Counted from the first letter of the stretch, positions 51,612 to 64,000 are shown. The stretch: 64,000 nucleotides of DNA from Octopus vulgaris (GCA_951406725.2 OX597827.1:20212001-20276000); one strand, 5' to 3'. The notes: generated by a model from the sequence alone, not told the origin. A program made the numbers and translations.

Positions 51612-53249
51612 GAGATTAGAATTAGTCATGGAATATAATGAATTAATGGTTAGAAGATGTTAGACTGCAAATATGGAAGGGTGTCACACACCTGATGCAG
51701 TGAGTTGAAGACTTTCATCATTTGAGACAATCCAAGCAATTAATGAACAGAATCTCTCTCTAGAGATATTTAAAATCTAAAATCCAGAAGATAACTCCAG
51801 AAGGTCGAGCAATTGAAATGTTTGGATAATAATATTGGCAACAAAGAAAAAAAAATAAAAAATGGAAATAAATTTTATCGAAAATTGTTGGCATTTCTGG
51901 CTGTAAGCCAAAGTAAGGAGCATTCCAAGTAGATTAGGGGTCATTGCTGGGCAGTAGTATTTACTATTCTTAATCGGTGTAGTAGTAGTAGTAGTAGTAG
52001 TAGTAACAGCAGCAGTAGTAGTGGTAGTAGTACACAATACTAATTTAGCTCTACTTTCACCTTAGTTTATTGTAAAGTAATGATTTCTTTTTTTACATCC
52101 TTGAAAATGCAGATAAACAGATATGCAATAGATATGCTGCTGCTATTACACAAAAGTCCTGGGCCACTAAAATGCTGGAATTCTTGCCATACACTTTTAG
52201 GTTTGCTGTTGATAATCTGCAGTTATTTTTCTGTTTGCATATCTTAACTATTGATAGTCCTATTACTGGGGTTCTAAAGACTTTAGGTCTTCACATAACA
52301 GAAAGCCTAGATAATCATCATCATCATCACTGCCACTACTGTCATGACATACTTTCTGTTTTGCCTGATATTTCTGCTACTGTCTTTGATGAAACGAGTT
52401 GAAATGTGAATAACCTACACCTCACTTTCAGAAATATTTTAACTGAAATTAATCTTTAATTTCTTAGCATTTTTTCTTTTTCTCTTCTTTTTTTTTTGGG
52501 AGAATATTAAATTACAAGATCCTCCCGCCACTCTCATTTATGTGCCTGCTAATGATTTTCACATTACAGTTACCATGGTTATAACATACCTATATTAATT
52601 TCAGTAATGCTTAAAAAAAAGGTTTAACAGCCAGTCATTAAGATTTCAAGATTTCTATATTTATTTTTAGATAAGTTTTTCTTTGATCTGAATATTTTGA
52701 TAGTGATTTAGTGTGATTGGGAATATTTTGGAATCAAAGCAGCTTAGGTTTTAGGAGAGTTTTAAACACTCATAACTTCCATTTTTATTTATCTGTTTGT
52801 TTTGTGTGTGTGTGTGTGATGTTTGCTCTCCAACTTCTGCTGCTGAAGAGAACATTTAATCATTGAGTTCTCTCTATCTCTCTCAGCATGTAAAAGGTAT
52901 GACGCAACATTTTACTAACACAGCGGATAGAATGAGGTAAATAGGGAGGCAGATATATTAATAGATGTGTAGACTGATTGTAATAGACAGTGTTACAAAA
53001 ATTGTACTCTAAGGGTATTGACTTGCCTCTTATAATAGTATTAATTAGATAAACAAAGGAAAGTTTTCCTTTAAGACCAATTCTGCCAATAAATGAAAAT
53101 GGGGGTTGTTTTAATACTTGATACTTGGCAGTGGAAGGCCAACAGTAACAGCATCAATACTTAGAACAAGTATTAAGAAAAGTAGATTGATGTAAATAAG
53201 TATGGAATATGTTTCACTACTAAACCTGCCCACTTTATTCTATAATAAT

Positions 53250-53492
53250 CATCATCATCATCATCATTTAGCGTCCACTTTCCATGCTAGCATGGGTTGG
53301 ACGGTTCAACTGGGGTCTGTGAAGCCAGAAGGCTGCATCAGGTCCAGTCTGATCTGGCAGTGTTTCTACGGCTGGATGCCCTTCCTAACGCCAACCACTC
53401 CGTGAGTGTAGTGGGTGCTTTTTACGTGCCACCCGCACAGGTGCCAGATGGAGCTGGCAGACGACCACGGACGGATGGTGCTTTTTACGTGC
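53250..53492 (-). mobile_element. RTE 3'UTR fragment with (GAT)n tail
   Basis: Near-identical to 4458-4718. Confidence 0.85.
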
Positions 53493-55778
53493 GTTGACGC
53501 TTAGCTCCAAGTTGGGCTTGATTCATTAGACCTGTCTATGCTCAAGTCTTCCAAATATGGCCATCTTTTTCCCCAGACAGTGCAACCAGAACTGCATCAT
53601 CCAGAGCAGCCTTTCCGAAGAAGAAGACCAGAGGATGATATTGAAGGAGCTTGGAGTGCTGTTTCTGACAAGTCGGGTGACTGCATAGGGTTCAACATCT
53701 TGTTTAACAACAGTATTTTGTTGTCCCACTTTATATAGACATGGCAAAGAATATATATGAGTTGTGTGGATAGTTCATTGGGAATGAAGTAATTTTTCTG
53801 TAAAACAGAAGTGGTTTGTTTATTTGAGCTTAATATATGAAACTTAAATAAGCTAGAGAAAAAAAAAGTGGACTTAATTGACTCCAATTGAAATGGAACT
53901 CAGAATGGAAAGTTACCAAATGTCACATAGTATGACACATTGAGGAGATAGTGGGGATTTTTGTAGATTCTATGCATGTGGCAGATAAGAACTGCTTTGA
54001 AATTCCAAGTTCCAAATTAGTTACAGTGTTGCTAGAAGTTGAAGGTTTTTAATTCTGGTAGGCTTGTGTGGTTTTGATTTCATTTGTAGAATTCACCAAG
54101 AGCAAGAACAGAGTGATTTAGTTGTGTTTTAATTATCAGATAACTCTTACAGATTTAATCATTCACCATGTTAGTCGAGACCGAGTATTAGAGATTATGT
54201 TTACAGTGTATACTTAACATGAATTTCTTCTGTTCATTGTTTGTCAGAAGTAAAAACAAACATGGTTTATATAGTAGTTTTGGAATGTTGGAAATTTTAA
54301 ATATTTTACTGTTTCGTTAAGATGTTAATTATTCTTAAAACTGAATTTATTTTAACTCGTTTGAGATGTTTACATCTTTCTCTGTACCCACCTCTTTTGG
54401 ATGTTGCTTTATTGAGTACATTGAGATTTATGTCTTGAACAAATCTTTGTAGACATACAACAAATATTTTTAGTAAAACTAATAAAGTAACAGAATAAAA
54501 TAAAACAGTTGATTTACAAAAGTTGTATTTCAACTAAAATATAACTTTAATTTGGAAGCTCTAATAAGTTTTTCAAGAGAAAAGTTCTGATGAAGGATTT
54601 CTGCTAAAGAAAGCTGCCATTTGCATGCCTTCTTGCTTTCAACGTCGAATGTAACTGCTTTGTCTTTTCCTTGTGTCGCTGAGTGGAGAGAGCCAAATTA
54701 AATCTTAAATTTAACTTCTATAAAATAAACAGTAGTCTTATATATGTAATATAGTGAGGAGTAAAACTGAAATTATCCATGTTATTTGTAGATAAAAACT
54801 CCTTGTTATGGGGTTTTAAAACCTAAAAATAAGGGAAGTAATTACAATAAATCAAAAGTTTTGGACACTAGACAAGCTGACTAGTGAAAATAACAGGCAT
54901 GTTTCGGTCTTATGAGACCTTAGTATATTCTGGTCATGTGACACTAATTATATCAGTATTACAAATGAAAGAAAATACTTGAAATGCATAATCTGTCAGT
55001 GTTGTACATGGGTGGTGGTGGGGTGATTAAAATCTAAAACCAGCAAGGGAATGAAATGAAATTATCACACATACACTACTACTACCACCACCACTTATCA
55101 AAATTACGAGATTGAATATCATAGCAGGAATCTATAGTCATGTAGTAATGATTTGCTTTAGTGAGTTGCTATTAACAGAGGAAACAGTTAAGGACCAAAC
55201 AAAGTAGATAACAGTTGTGTAAAGTAGAGTTTGAATGAATAAACTTGAAATGTTCTTGTCAAAAAAACTATTTCTGAGTTGAAAGAGGAAGTGACTAAAA
55301 GCCAAAGAGTTTCAGAAATGCCTTTCTGACTCACATGAAAACATTTGTAAAATCATTGAATAAAATTTATTCTTATTATTATAAATTAATGTTTTTCAAG
55401 TAACTTAAAGGACTTCTATTTGTGCTTTAAGAAACGAAACAAACTAATAAAACCACTGTTAGTCATTTAAGGAGTCTTTTATTTGCTCTCAGTATCTACT
55501 TTCCTTTTGTAATAATGTTTTGGTTTCATTTTATTCTGACACACAAAGATGGTACTGCTTACTGAGGCAAAAATTCATTAAGTTTTCCTATTAATTAATT
55601 GAACGCAAATGATGTAAAATCTGGAAGTAAGTCTACTCCTGGAATTCCTTGCCAATCAAGGCCTCTTGTTTTATTTACTATTTGTCTTCCCTTCAACTCT
55701 CTAACATCTTTTGTACCCTAAAGTGTAGGATTTTCTGTCCTTCACAGTTACACTGTCAGTTAAACCTCATGTATTTTA

Positions 55779-55950
55779 TGTGTGTGTGTGTGTGTGTGCT
55801 TTTGGTTATCTCTCGTTTGACAACTGGAATTGTTCACCTCCTCATAACTTAGCAGTTCATCAAAAGGAGACTGTTAGAATAAGTACCAGACTTAAAATAA
55901 GTACAGGGGTTGAAGAACTGGCCATGATACAACAATTGAAACAAAGATTA
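55779..55950 (+). mobile_element. SINE family A 3' half (degenerate)
   Basis: (TG)n..ttgacaact..ataacttagcagttc..tagaataagtacc..tgaaacaa. Confidence 0.6.
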
Positions 55951-56847
55951 AAAACGGTTGAATTCTTTTAACGAAACACTTCTGCTACCATTATTAGTGC
56001 TGTGTAAACTTTGACACTTATTGTTCATTGCTGATGCACCACAAAACCATTTGAGTGTCTGAATATGAGGTGGATGTCACTAAACAAAATAAAATACAAA
56101 GGTCACTGCTACAAGCAATCAAGTTCTGAACTGAGCTCACCCCCCCCTGCTTTGTAGAAGGCTACAAGTCACAAGTCATTTGCTGATCTAAGACCAAGAG
56201 GTTTTTCTTTTTTCAGTCTCTTCTACTATAATTCACCATTTCCCCCCAGTCTCTCCACTTTCATTTATTCATCAATACAGGCATCATGACTAAAAGACAA
56301 TTTCAAACACCTGATTTGTTTTATTGTCTTGTAGCTTTTCTCCCTTCTCTTTATTGTTGCCATTGTTACCATCACTCAAGAACACTAATAATCATAAGTA
56401 CTATGATCAATGAGTAAATTCCATCTAACTCTCTCTCCCCTCCCTACCTCTCTCTCTCTCTCTCTCTCTCACATTCCTTCCTTCTCTTTTGTTCTTCCTT
56501 CCTTCTGCTGCCAGCCTTTGTTGTGTTTGTATTATTTGACCTTCTCCCCATCTCAGCTATTCATCAATCTATGAGCTGTGTTATGCTTCTCTGCAGAGAT
56601 TAATGTAGAGATATGATTATTATTTATGTAGAGTCGGTGTTGCTTGTCAGATCTCTTTCTCTAGTTCTCACCTTGCTAAAGGTGGTCCGCTGTTTCTGAT
56701 AACCCCCTCCCACCTATAACTACATCATTTATTCGGATGCACTAATATTGCTATAGCAGTTATAAAGTTGGGAACTAATAGAAACTTTGAAACAAAATAT
56801 TATGTGCCAAGTGAATTATAGAACTTGTAAAATTCCACTTCGGTTAT

Positions 56848-56970
56848 CCAACTGTAGAAACCATGCCAGAACAGACAATGGAACCTGGTGTGGCTCTCCG
56901 GCCTTGCCAGCTCCTCTCAAACTGTTCCAACCCATGCAAGCATGGAAAACGGATGTTAAATGATGATGAT
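56848..56970 (+). mobile_element. RTE 3'UTR tail fragment
   Basis: tccaacccatgcaagcatggaaaacggatgttaaatgatgatgat. Confidence 0.75.
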
Positions 56971-57146
56971 GGTGAAGATGTTTCATAAAAGGAAGTGAAA
57001 AAATGTTTTCCATGAAGTTCATTTATGGATTTAGTTTTGAAGATGAAGAAAGGTTGATGATAAAGGTCTAGTTTAGCCACACATTGTGTTTGTTCACCTG
57101 TTAAATGTGTGTTAAAATTTCTGAGTCAAAATAGATAATAGCTTAA

Positions 57147-57367
57147 CCCTTTAGCATTTAAACCGGCCATATCCGGCCAAAAGTATTCTGCTTGTTTTAT
57201 GTTCAAATTGTCCATATCTGGTCTCTTACACCAACCCTACAATATCATCTTAAAAACTAACAGCGACCTCATCAAAATCTCATAGCTACAAGATAATGCC
57301 TGATTAGTTCAAAACAATGTGGATAAAGAAGCATTAATTTTGGCAGAATAATGTGAACACTAAAGGG
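57147..57367 (+). mobile_element. TTAA-type (piggyBac-like) MITE, intact ends
   Basis: TTAA|CCCTTTAG...CTAAAGGG|TTAA. Confidence 0.85.
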
Positions 57368-57444
57368 TTAAAGAGGCTGAAACTAGTAATGTTGAACTCA
57401 TATTGGAGTATAGACCTTGTTCAGACGAAGAAGAGAAGCCTTAA

Positions 57445-57628
57445 CCCTTTAATATTCAGATTACTTAGTCAAATGCAATGCTTGTTTATTCACAATCTTT
57501 TGAATAATGTGATTGTTTATTTTTAGAATGACATTGTAAGGTACTTGTGAGAGTTGGGATCCGGCCAGTTTTGACATAAAACAGGGGAACTATTTTGGCC
57601 TGATATGGTTGGTTTAAATGCTAAAGGG
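57445..57628 (-). mobile_element. Second copy of the same TTAA MITE, inverted and internally deleted
   Basis: TTAA|CCCTTTA...ggtttaaatgctaaaggg|tcaa. The right end is the reverse complement of 57147-57164. Confidence 0.8.
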
Positions 57629-59649
57629 TCAAAGGAAGAGCTGTCTTGTCCCTCTTTCTCCTCTCTATTTTGAAAGGAACATCTCAAACTTATGATATAT
57701 GAACCTCCTTGTGTATGGCTGCATATATTATCTATAATTTAATACATGCCTCCCCTCCTCAGATGGACTCAGATCCTTTTCTATAGGTCACTGGTGGATG
57801 TGATCCAAATAGTTAATTTAACTATTCTAATTTGGACAGCCAAAAATTTGATGTTGCTTTGGTGTGCAGGCTAGCACAGCTTTGATATTGGCCTTGCCCA
57901 TCAACCATCACCTCACTGGACACTGGCCCCCAAGAGGTGACAAAGGACCTTGTTGCATGGTGATACAAATATCGAAGAAGACTCAGCCACAGAAGAGCCA
58001 TCCAATAGTGCAAACCTAGTTGACTGAAAGTCACTAGAATGGTAGTAGGGCATAGGCATATTTACCACCTGGTCTGCAGATCACTTCCTCCCTAACATCT
58101 TAACACCTCATCCTTTTTTTCATCCACTTTGCTCTTTACCACTCAACTTTTCTTCGCTCTAGTACTGTTACTTCTCCCCACCACCACCACCAGTGCCTCA
58201 ACATCCTCTCATCTCCTTGCCTCCCACTTTCCTATCACCCTTATGTGTCCATTGGTATGGACCCCCACCTTCACATAACCTCTCTTGCCACGTGAACCTT
58301 TTATTCAGTTGCCTGAATACTGCTTTCCCCTTTCATTTAACATTATCATTTCATGCCTTTATCACATCTCATCTACTTCCAACTCTGCAAAGTTGTGTTG
58401 TGACCATGGCTACCTACACAGTGCTGGTGCCACAAAAAAATGCTCTTAGGACACTGTAACAGATGCAAGGCAGAAAGGACCTGTTAGTTTTGTGGAGGAC
58501 ATGACATCGTCTTAATAATGATGCTATGAACACAGTACACTCTATAAAGTAGTTGGCATTAGGAAGGGCATCCGGCCAAAGAAAGCAAGCCAAAAATGAA
58601 ACTCATGAGCAAGATACTGTAACTCACCCAAACCCAACCCATGCCAGCAAGGAGTGTGGATGTAAAACAATGATGAAAAGGACTTGCATGCCCCCAACCC
58701 CCACTTTTATGATACCAACAATTAGGTGTTCATAAAAAAAAAAATCACTGAATAATAAATAAATGTGTATTTGAGTATGGATATGTAACTCTCTTCTAAG
58801 ATGTTGGCGTTGGAGACCGACCTGTACTTCTGTAGATATTTGTTTGGCAGTAAAATACTATTTGTTATACTAAATGTGAAAAGTGTACAGTGAGTAATGT
58901 CTGTCATTTAAAAATTTAAGCGTAGATATCTGAACATCCTTTAGCTGGAGGTGGTGGCGTCTATCTATCTCTCTCTTCTCTTCACATTCTTTCCTTTCCT
59001 TGAAAGTTGTAATCTAAATAACACATACTATTTATTTCTCATCTCTTGTCTCTTTCACTCACCCCCTCTTTAGATTGGTGTGAGTAAAGAAATAGCTCCA
59101 AAACATACACTTTATCTCATAATCAAAATAAACTCTTTTGGAATTCTTGCCATTGGTGCACTTAATTTTTCTGAGGGAAACATTGTTCACATATTCATTT
59201 CTCTGAAATGTTCTTTAAATAGAATTGCTTTCTTTTTGGAATCAGTTGTTTTTCTCTTTCTCCCTTCTCCTGTTTTTACTCTCAAAGGAGAAACCTTGAA
59301 TCATTAAAAAGTGAAGGAAATTTGTTCAATTCTGTGTTGTCTCTTCGTGTTGGAGGAGAAACTAAAATATTTGCAGTTTTAATTAAATTCACTTGACTCA
59401 TTGACTTGGTTCAAACATACATGTGTACAGATAGATATATAAGTGTAAATGGGTGTGAGGATTACTTTAAATTTAGATCATCTTCACTCCAATCATTTTA
59501 AAGAATAACTTCCTTATTTAACTTCATTTTAAATAGAAAGCACTCCCAAAAATGGAAATTTTTGATGTAATTTTTTAATCTTGAAAATCTATAACAACAA
59601 TGTTATAACTTGAATGAGTTATTTTCTTCTCTCAGCATTTTAATTATTA

Positions 59650-59715
59650 CATTGGGGTCGATGTAATCGGCTCATCCCCTCCCTCAAAATTGCTGCCCTT
59701 GTGGCAAAATTTGAA

Positions 59716-59768
<53 letters not shown>

Positions 59769-59972
59769 GGCAACAGAATCATTAGCACCCTGGACAAAAT
59801 GCTTAGTGGCATTTCATCCGTCTTTACATTCTGATTTAAAAGGCCAACTTTTCCTTTCATCCTTTCAGGGTTGATAAATTAAGTACCAGTCAAATACTGG
59901 AGTCAAGTTAAGCCACTTCCCCCCCTACCCCCCCAAAATTTCAGGCCTTGTGCTTATGATAGAAAGATTGTT
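59650..59972 (+). mobile_element. SINE family C tail plus a second family C copy (59768-59972)
   Basis: cctttcatcctttcagggttgataaattaagtaccag..ggccttgtgc. Confidence 0.8.
59717..59767. repeat. (ATT)n microsatellite (SINE tail)
   Basis: Read directly. Confidence 0.95.
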
Positions 59973-59984
59973 ATTATTATTTAA

Positions 59985-60220
59985 GACATTGCACAGTATC
60001 CAATATCGTGATGCTGTTGATTGAAGATATTGTGTCAAATCACAACAAGGACGACCTCAGACCGACAGACTACTTTATGCAATATGTGTGCAGTTCCAAG
60101 TAATGCTGACTTTTGCAACACATCTAGATTGTAGGGTATTTCTAAAGTTTCCAGATGTTTCTTTGGCTTGGATGGTATTGAACCCAATGCTCCGATGACA
60201 ATAGTGACAACCTTTATGTT
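59985..60220 (-). mobile_element. R4/Dong-type LINE extreme 3' end
   Basis: Minus-strand IKVVTIVIGALGSIPSKPKKHLETLEIPYNLDVLQKSALLGTAHIL, a typical RLE-LINE C-terminus, followed by 3'UTR and (TAA)n. Confidence 0.85.
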
Positions 60221-62680
60221 GTTGTTGTTATTATTATTATTATTATTATGTGTACCTATGAAATAATTGAAGTGCTTAATGGAATATTATTAAGTTTTCC
60301 ATGATGACGTGGGTTAACCCCAAAATACTGGCATATTTTTTATAGAAGCACTGGCAAAATATATTGTAGATTACTTTTTATCATCATCATCATCCTCCTC
60401 ATTTAACATGTAGGGTCTTCCTTGTTGGCAGTTCAACTGGATCCATTGAGCTTAAGGACAAATTTGCGTGCCAATATCTGTTTTGGTATGGCTTCTATGG
60501 CCAGATGCCCTTCCTAATGACAATATATATATATATATATATGTATGTCTATCTTTTTTACCCACAAATACACCTGATAGAATATCATCTCTCCAGATCC
60601 CTGTAAAATTTCTTACTACACCTGCCATAAATTCAGCCTTGCAATTCAAACACCATGTTCTTGTCCGTGTTTGTTGTTAAAAAATGAACACAAGTGTTAT
60701 TCATATAAAAGCAGATATCAAAACTGACACTCTACGCTATATGTATTTCATACACATCAACTCGACATCCCCTGCAGTATTTATTGTAATTGCTTCTGAG
60801 ACTCTTACATGCTATACCTGTTGTTGGATTTTCTCAATCAGTTAGTTTCATATAAAGCCACCTAAATATCAACTATTTCTCTTATCATTTTGTCCTTTTT
60901 TTGTCCAATCCAATTCTTGTGACCATCACTTTAAACTCATCTAAGTATCTTCCTTTTTAGTAATTATCCAGACTAAAAGAGTATCTCTTCTTTAAATATG
61001 ATCTATTGAATAAACAATGGTAAAAATAAATAATTGAATTCCCTTCTTGGAAAAGGAAAAGAAGACTATAGAGCTGTATTCCCACCTCCAAATCTCAAAG
61101 GGAAGGGAAATAATTTCTGGAAATTAATTTCTGGTAAGAGAGAACAGCTGCTGACATGTCTTTTTGGTGTCAGTGGAGCTTATTAGCATAGAGTAGAGTA
61201 TTAGCATAGCCTGCTTCATCAATTGACAGAAGTTTTTTTTTTCTTTACATATTGAAAAAAAGAGTTAATATTTTGTGCTCATAGTTTTTGTAAAACTGAG
61301 TCAAGTGGATGAATGACATGAACATTAGTTAATTTATAGAATTAGTAAACAAAATCTTAGCAATAGAAAGGGAAAATAGTTACCATAGATTGAGTAGCAG
61401 ACTTAATCTACATCTCTATTTAACATTACCATCCATGCCTTGGAGGTATTTTGCAGAATCCACTCTGTTGTTAGCATTCAGAGGAAGTCTCTGCTATGTT
61501 AACTCCTTCCTCCCTGTCACCATTCTCAGAGTCTTGGTCACACTGGCTTTTCCCTCCTTCACTAAAAGATAAGAAAATTAATAATTTCACTAAATTCACA
61601 TGTTTAAGAAAACAATTGGCTTGCAGGGAGCAACCGCAGGCATATCTTGGTTTTTTTTTTTAACTCTTCACCCTAATGTATCCCAATTTAACTCCTTAGT
61701 CTGTGTCACTACACTTTAGAATTCTTTAATTTATCATTTACATAACTTATGTTGTTTTTTCTTTTCTTTTTTACATTAGAACTAAAAATAATCTCTTTAA
61801 ATTTGCCAATATCTTTTTTGTGGCTAATGCTACTGATAAGGTGTGATGCTTATTTCACTTCCCATCTTTCCATTGACTAGCATTTTACATCATTCCAGCA
61901 ACATACACTTCTTCTTTTGCCTTTCATGCTTTTTGATAGAGTAAACAATAATTTCTATTTATACAACAGAATTCCAAAACTCTGCTAAAATAACTAGTCT
62001 TCCCTGGCATTGTTTTCTGTATTCATTTATCCTGAATGTGTCCCTACACAAGGGAAATCTGGGAATTTGTGCAGAATTCTCTTTTCCACTTGAAGAATCA
62101 TCAAATTTGATTTTCTGCAAATTTTTTGTTTGTAAATAAAGAAATTGGATAAATTTAGAAGGAAAAAACAGCAAAAGATATTTGGTCATTTGATTGATTT
62201 TCATAGAAATCATACCAAATTGCATTATTTGTCAACATAGTCCAACTTTATTTCAAATAACAAAAATAGATAAAGATCAAAATGCAATATTGATTGAAGC
62301 ACTGGTTTGACAGGAGGTACTGATGAAGCCGTTTCATTTTCTAGGCAGAGACTACTGTCTGATAGATTTCTTAATTTAATATTATCAAAGTTTTCAAAAT
62401 TCAGTGGGTTTTGATCAGGAGAGAATTGTTACTGTCAGACAATATTTTATGAAAGTACTGTCACACATGTAATTATTTTCTGTGATCTGAGACTTTTTCT
62501 AATGGTCTGTCTGCAAAATTCCTCAAACATCTTAATAGAAGCAGACAAGTGGGCAAGATTAATTTATTATTCTTTCAATCAGGATTTGTTCAGGAAAATA
62601 TTTATATAAAACAGCATTAAGACTTACTGGAGAAAGCTACTTCAATGGATTAGGTATTTCCTAAAAACAGGACCCAGCAT

Positions 62681-62869
62681 AGTTCTATATTTAAGATATG
62701 AGGAATTATTTAAATAATAATAATAATAATAATAATATTTAAAAAAATACCTTGCAAATGAGAACCCAGGTTCGAAATTGCCCCAAGACACCTGATGAAG
62801 GCTGGAGAGTACATCAGCCAAAATGTTGTATTAACAACAAACAAGATAAGGGCAAATATCCATCAAATG
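62681..62869 (+). mobile_element. Penelope-like element terminal repeat with decayed hammerhead ribozyme core
   Basis: CTGATGA (62792-62798), stem GGCTG/CAGCC, then AAAATG where GAAACG is expected. Inverted terminal segment at 62681-62704. Confidence 0.6.
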
Positions 62870-63480
62870 AGGCTCCACCTCAAATAGTGCTGTCCATTAT
62901 GGTCCCCCTACAAAAAACGAGACATAATGAGGATTGAAACACCACAAAGATCAATCACAAAAAAAATAAATGATATGATGGGACTTGATTATTGGGCCCG
63001 ACTTAAACAGCTGAAGCTCTATTCTCTGCAACGCTGCCATGAGCGATACATTATTTGCACCTTGTGGAAAATATTCCACCAATATTATCCAAATGATATT
63101 GGTATTATGTTTCCAATTTACCCAAGACTAGGCTCCTGTGCAATGCGTCCCCTACAAAGGTCAAGATCACATCACATAAGAATATTGCAACACAATTTTT
63201 ACACTGCAAATGGTCCTGCACTTTTCAGTGTTATCCCAAAAGAAATTAAAGTAGAAAAAGACCCCACAACTTTCAAATGGTACCTGGACAAATTCCTGCA
63301 GGAAATACCAGATAAACCACCTACACCTGGATACATCTCAACCAACAACAACAACAACAACTCTGCTTGAGTGGTCCATGGTGTCCCGAAATAATTAACT
63401 AAAAGACTTTTCCAGGTGGCGCTACTGAGTTAGTCATGGCCTGGGCCGATAATGGCTGAAACCAATCCAAGACAAGACAT
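62870..63480 (+). mobile_element. CR1/L2-type LINE 3' end (ORF2 C-terminus + 3'UTR)
   Basis: LDYWARLKQLKLYSLQRCHERYIICTLWKI..GPALFSVIPKEIK..TFKWYLDKFLQEIPDKP; terminal caagacaagac repeats. Confidence 0.85.
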
Positions 63481-64000
63481 GCATGTATGTGCACGACCAC
63501 ACACACTTCCCCACCTGTCTCTCTCTTGTAATGCTCTTTAAATTACAATTTTATCAACATTGGTCATGGATGGTTTCCTTCTCTACACACTATCCTGCTG
63601 TAGAGACAGATTTGGGTTCTACTGATCTGATAACAACCATTTCAAATCTGCAACCCTCATCAACATTCTGTCAGTCTCATATCCATGGTGGTCCAGACAA
63701 GACCGTCTCTTTCTCATCCCTTCTCTAGTTGATAGATTTAAAACAGTCAAATATTTCTAATAGCTATTGCTTATTGAGACATTAATGTCTTTAACACTGA
63801 GAATTGTGGAGTTTCTTCACCCTTGTATACAATACAAACTTTCTCTGGTAATTAACTTTCCTTCCTGTTGATTGGTCAAGCTGTGTGTATTGTAAATTCC
63901 TTGATAAGTAAACACACACACACACTCACGCAAGTGCATACCATTTTGGTGCCTTTTATGTAAAATGAAATTTTCAGTTGCTTGTAAATTTTGTCTCAAA

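Noticed and set aside
53510-53890. Three overlapping ORFs in moderately GC-rich sequence
   Set aside because: No recognisable protein motif or splice signals. Probably an old retroelement fragment, but I cannot assign it.
54587-54615. CTGATGA...GAAA hammerhead-like spacing
   Set aside because: No convincing stem II between the motifs.
59080-59307. ORF ending ...KGETLNH, checked as the adducin KGEKLLRCKL exon
   Set aside because: A stop follows immediately and there is no flanking adducin similarity.

Overview
AT-rich animal genomic DNA. The repeat families resemble those I know from Octopus, so an octopod cephalopod is inferred but not proven. Most or all of the window lies inside one large + strand gene, an adducin (hts / ADD1-like). 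I can see two coding exons: 14260-14350 (ATG at 14284, MTETAHQVNGPSSPPSKFIDTI) and 49574-49819 (NPDDPEYIRQKQRPAVVKEDVKQMEDRRRVSIVLNSEAFREELEQIV...). They splice in frame across a 35.2 kb phase-1 GT-AG intron. I found no further adducin exon before the window ends. The rest is intron, crowded with decayed mobile elements: RTE, R4/Dong-type (RLE) and CR1/L2-type LINE fragments, many RTE 3'UTR pieces with (GAT)n tails, at least three tRNA-headed SINE families, TTAA, 8-bp-TSD, hAT and Tc1/mariner-type MITEs, a Penelope-like end with a decayed hammerhead ribozyme core, and microsatellites. I see no convincing evidence of a new protein-coding system. The best leads are RNA-level: candidate microexons after adducin coding exon 2, inverted repeat pairs that could form ADAR substrates, a variable-copy hairpin array in the RTE 3'UTR, a structured motif in a deleted SINE, and a promoter-like island with X-box and G4 motifs. 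Repeat boundaries were read by eye and are approximate.
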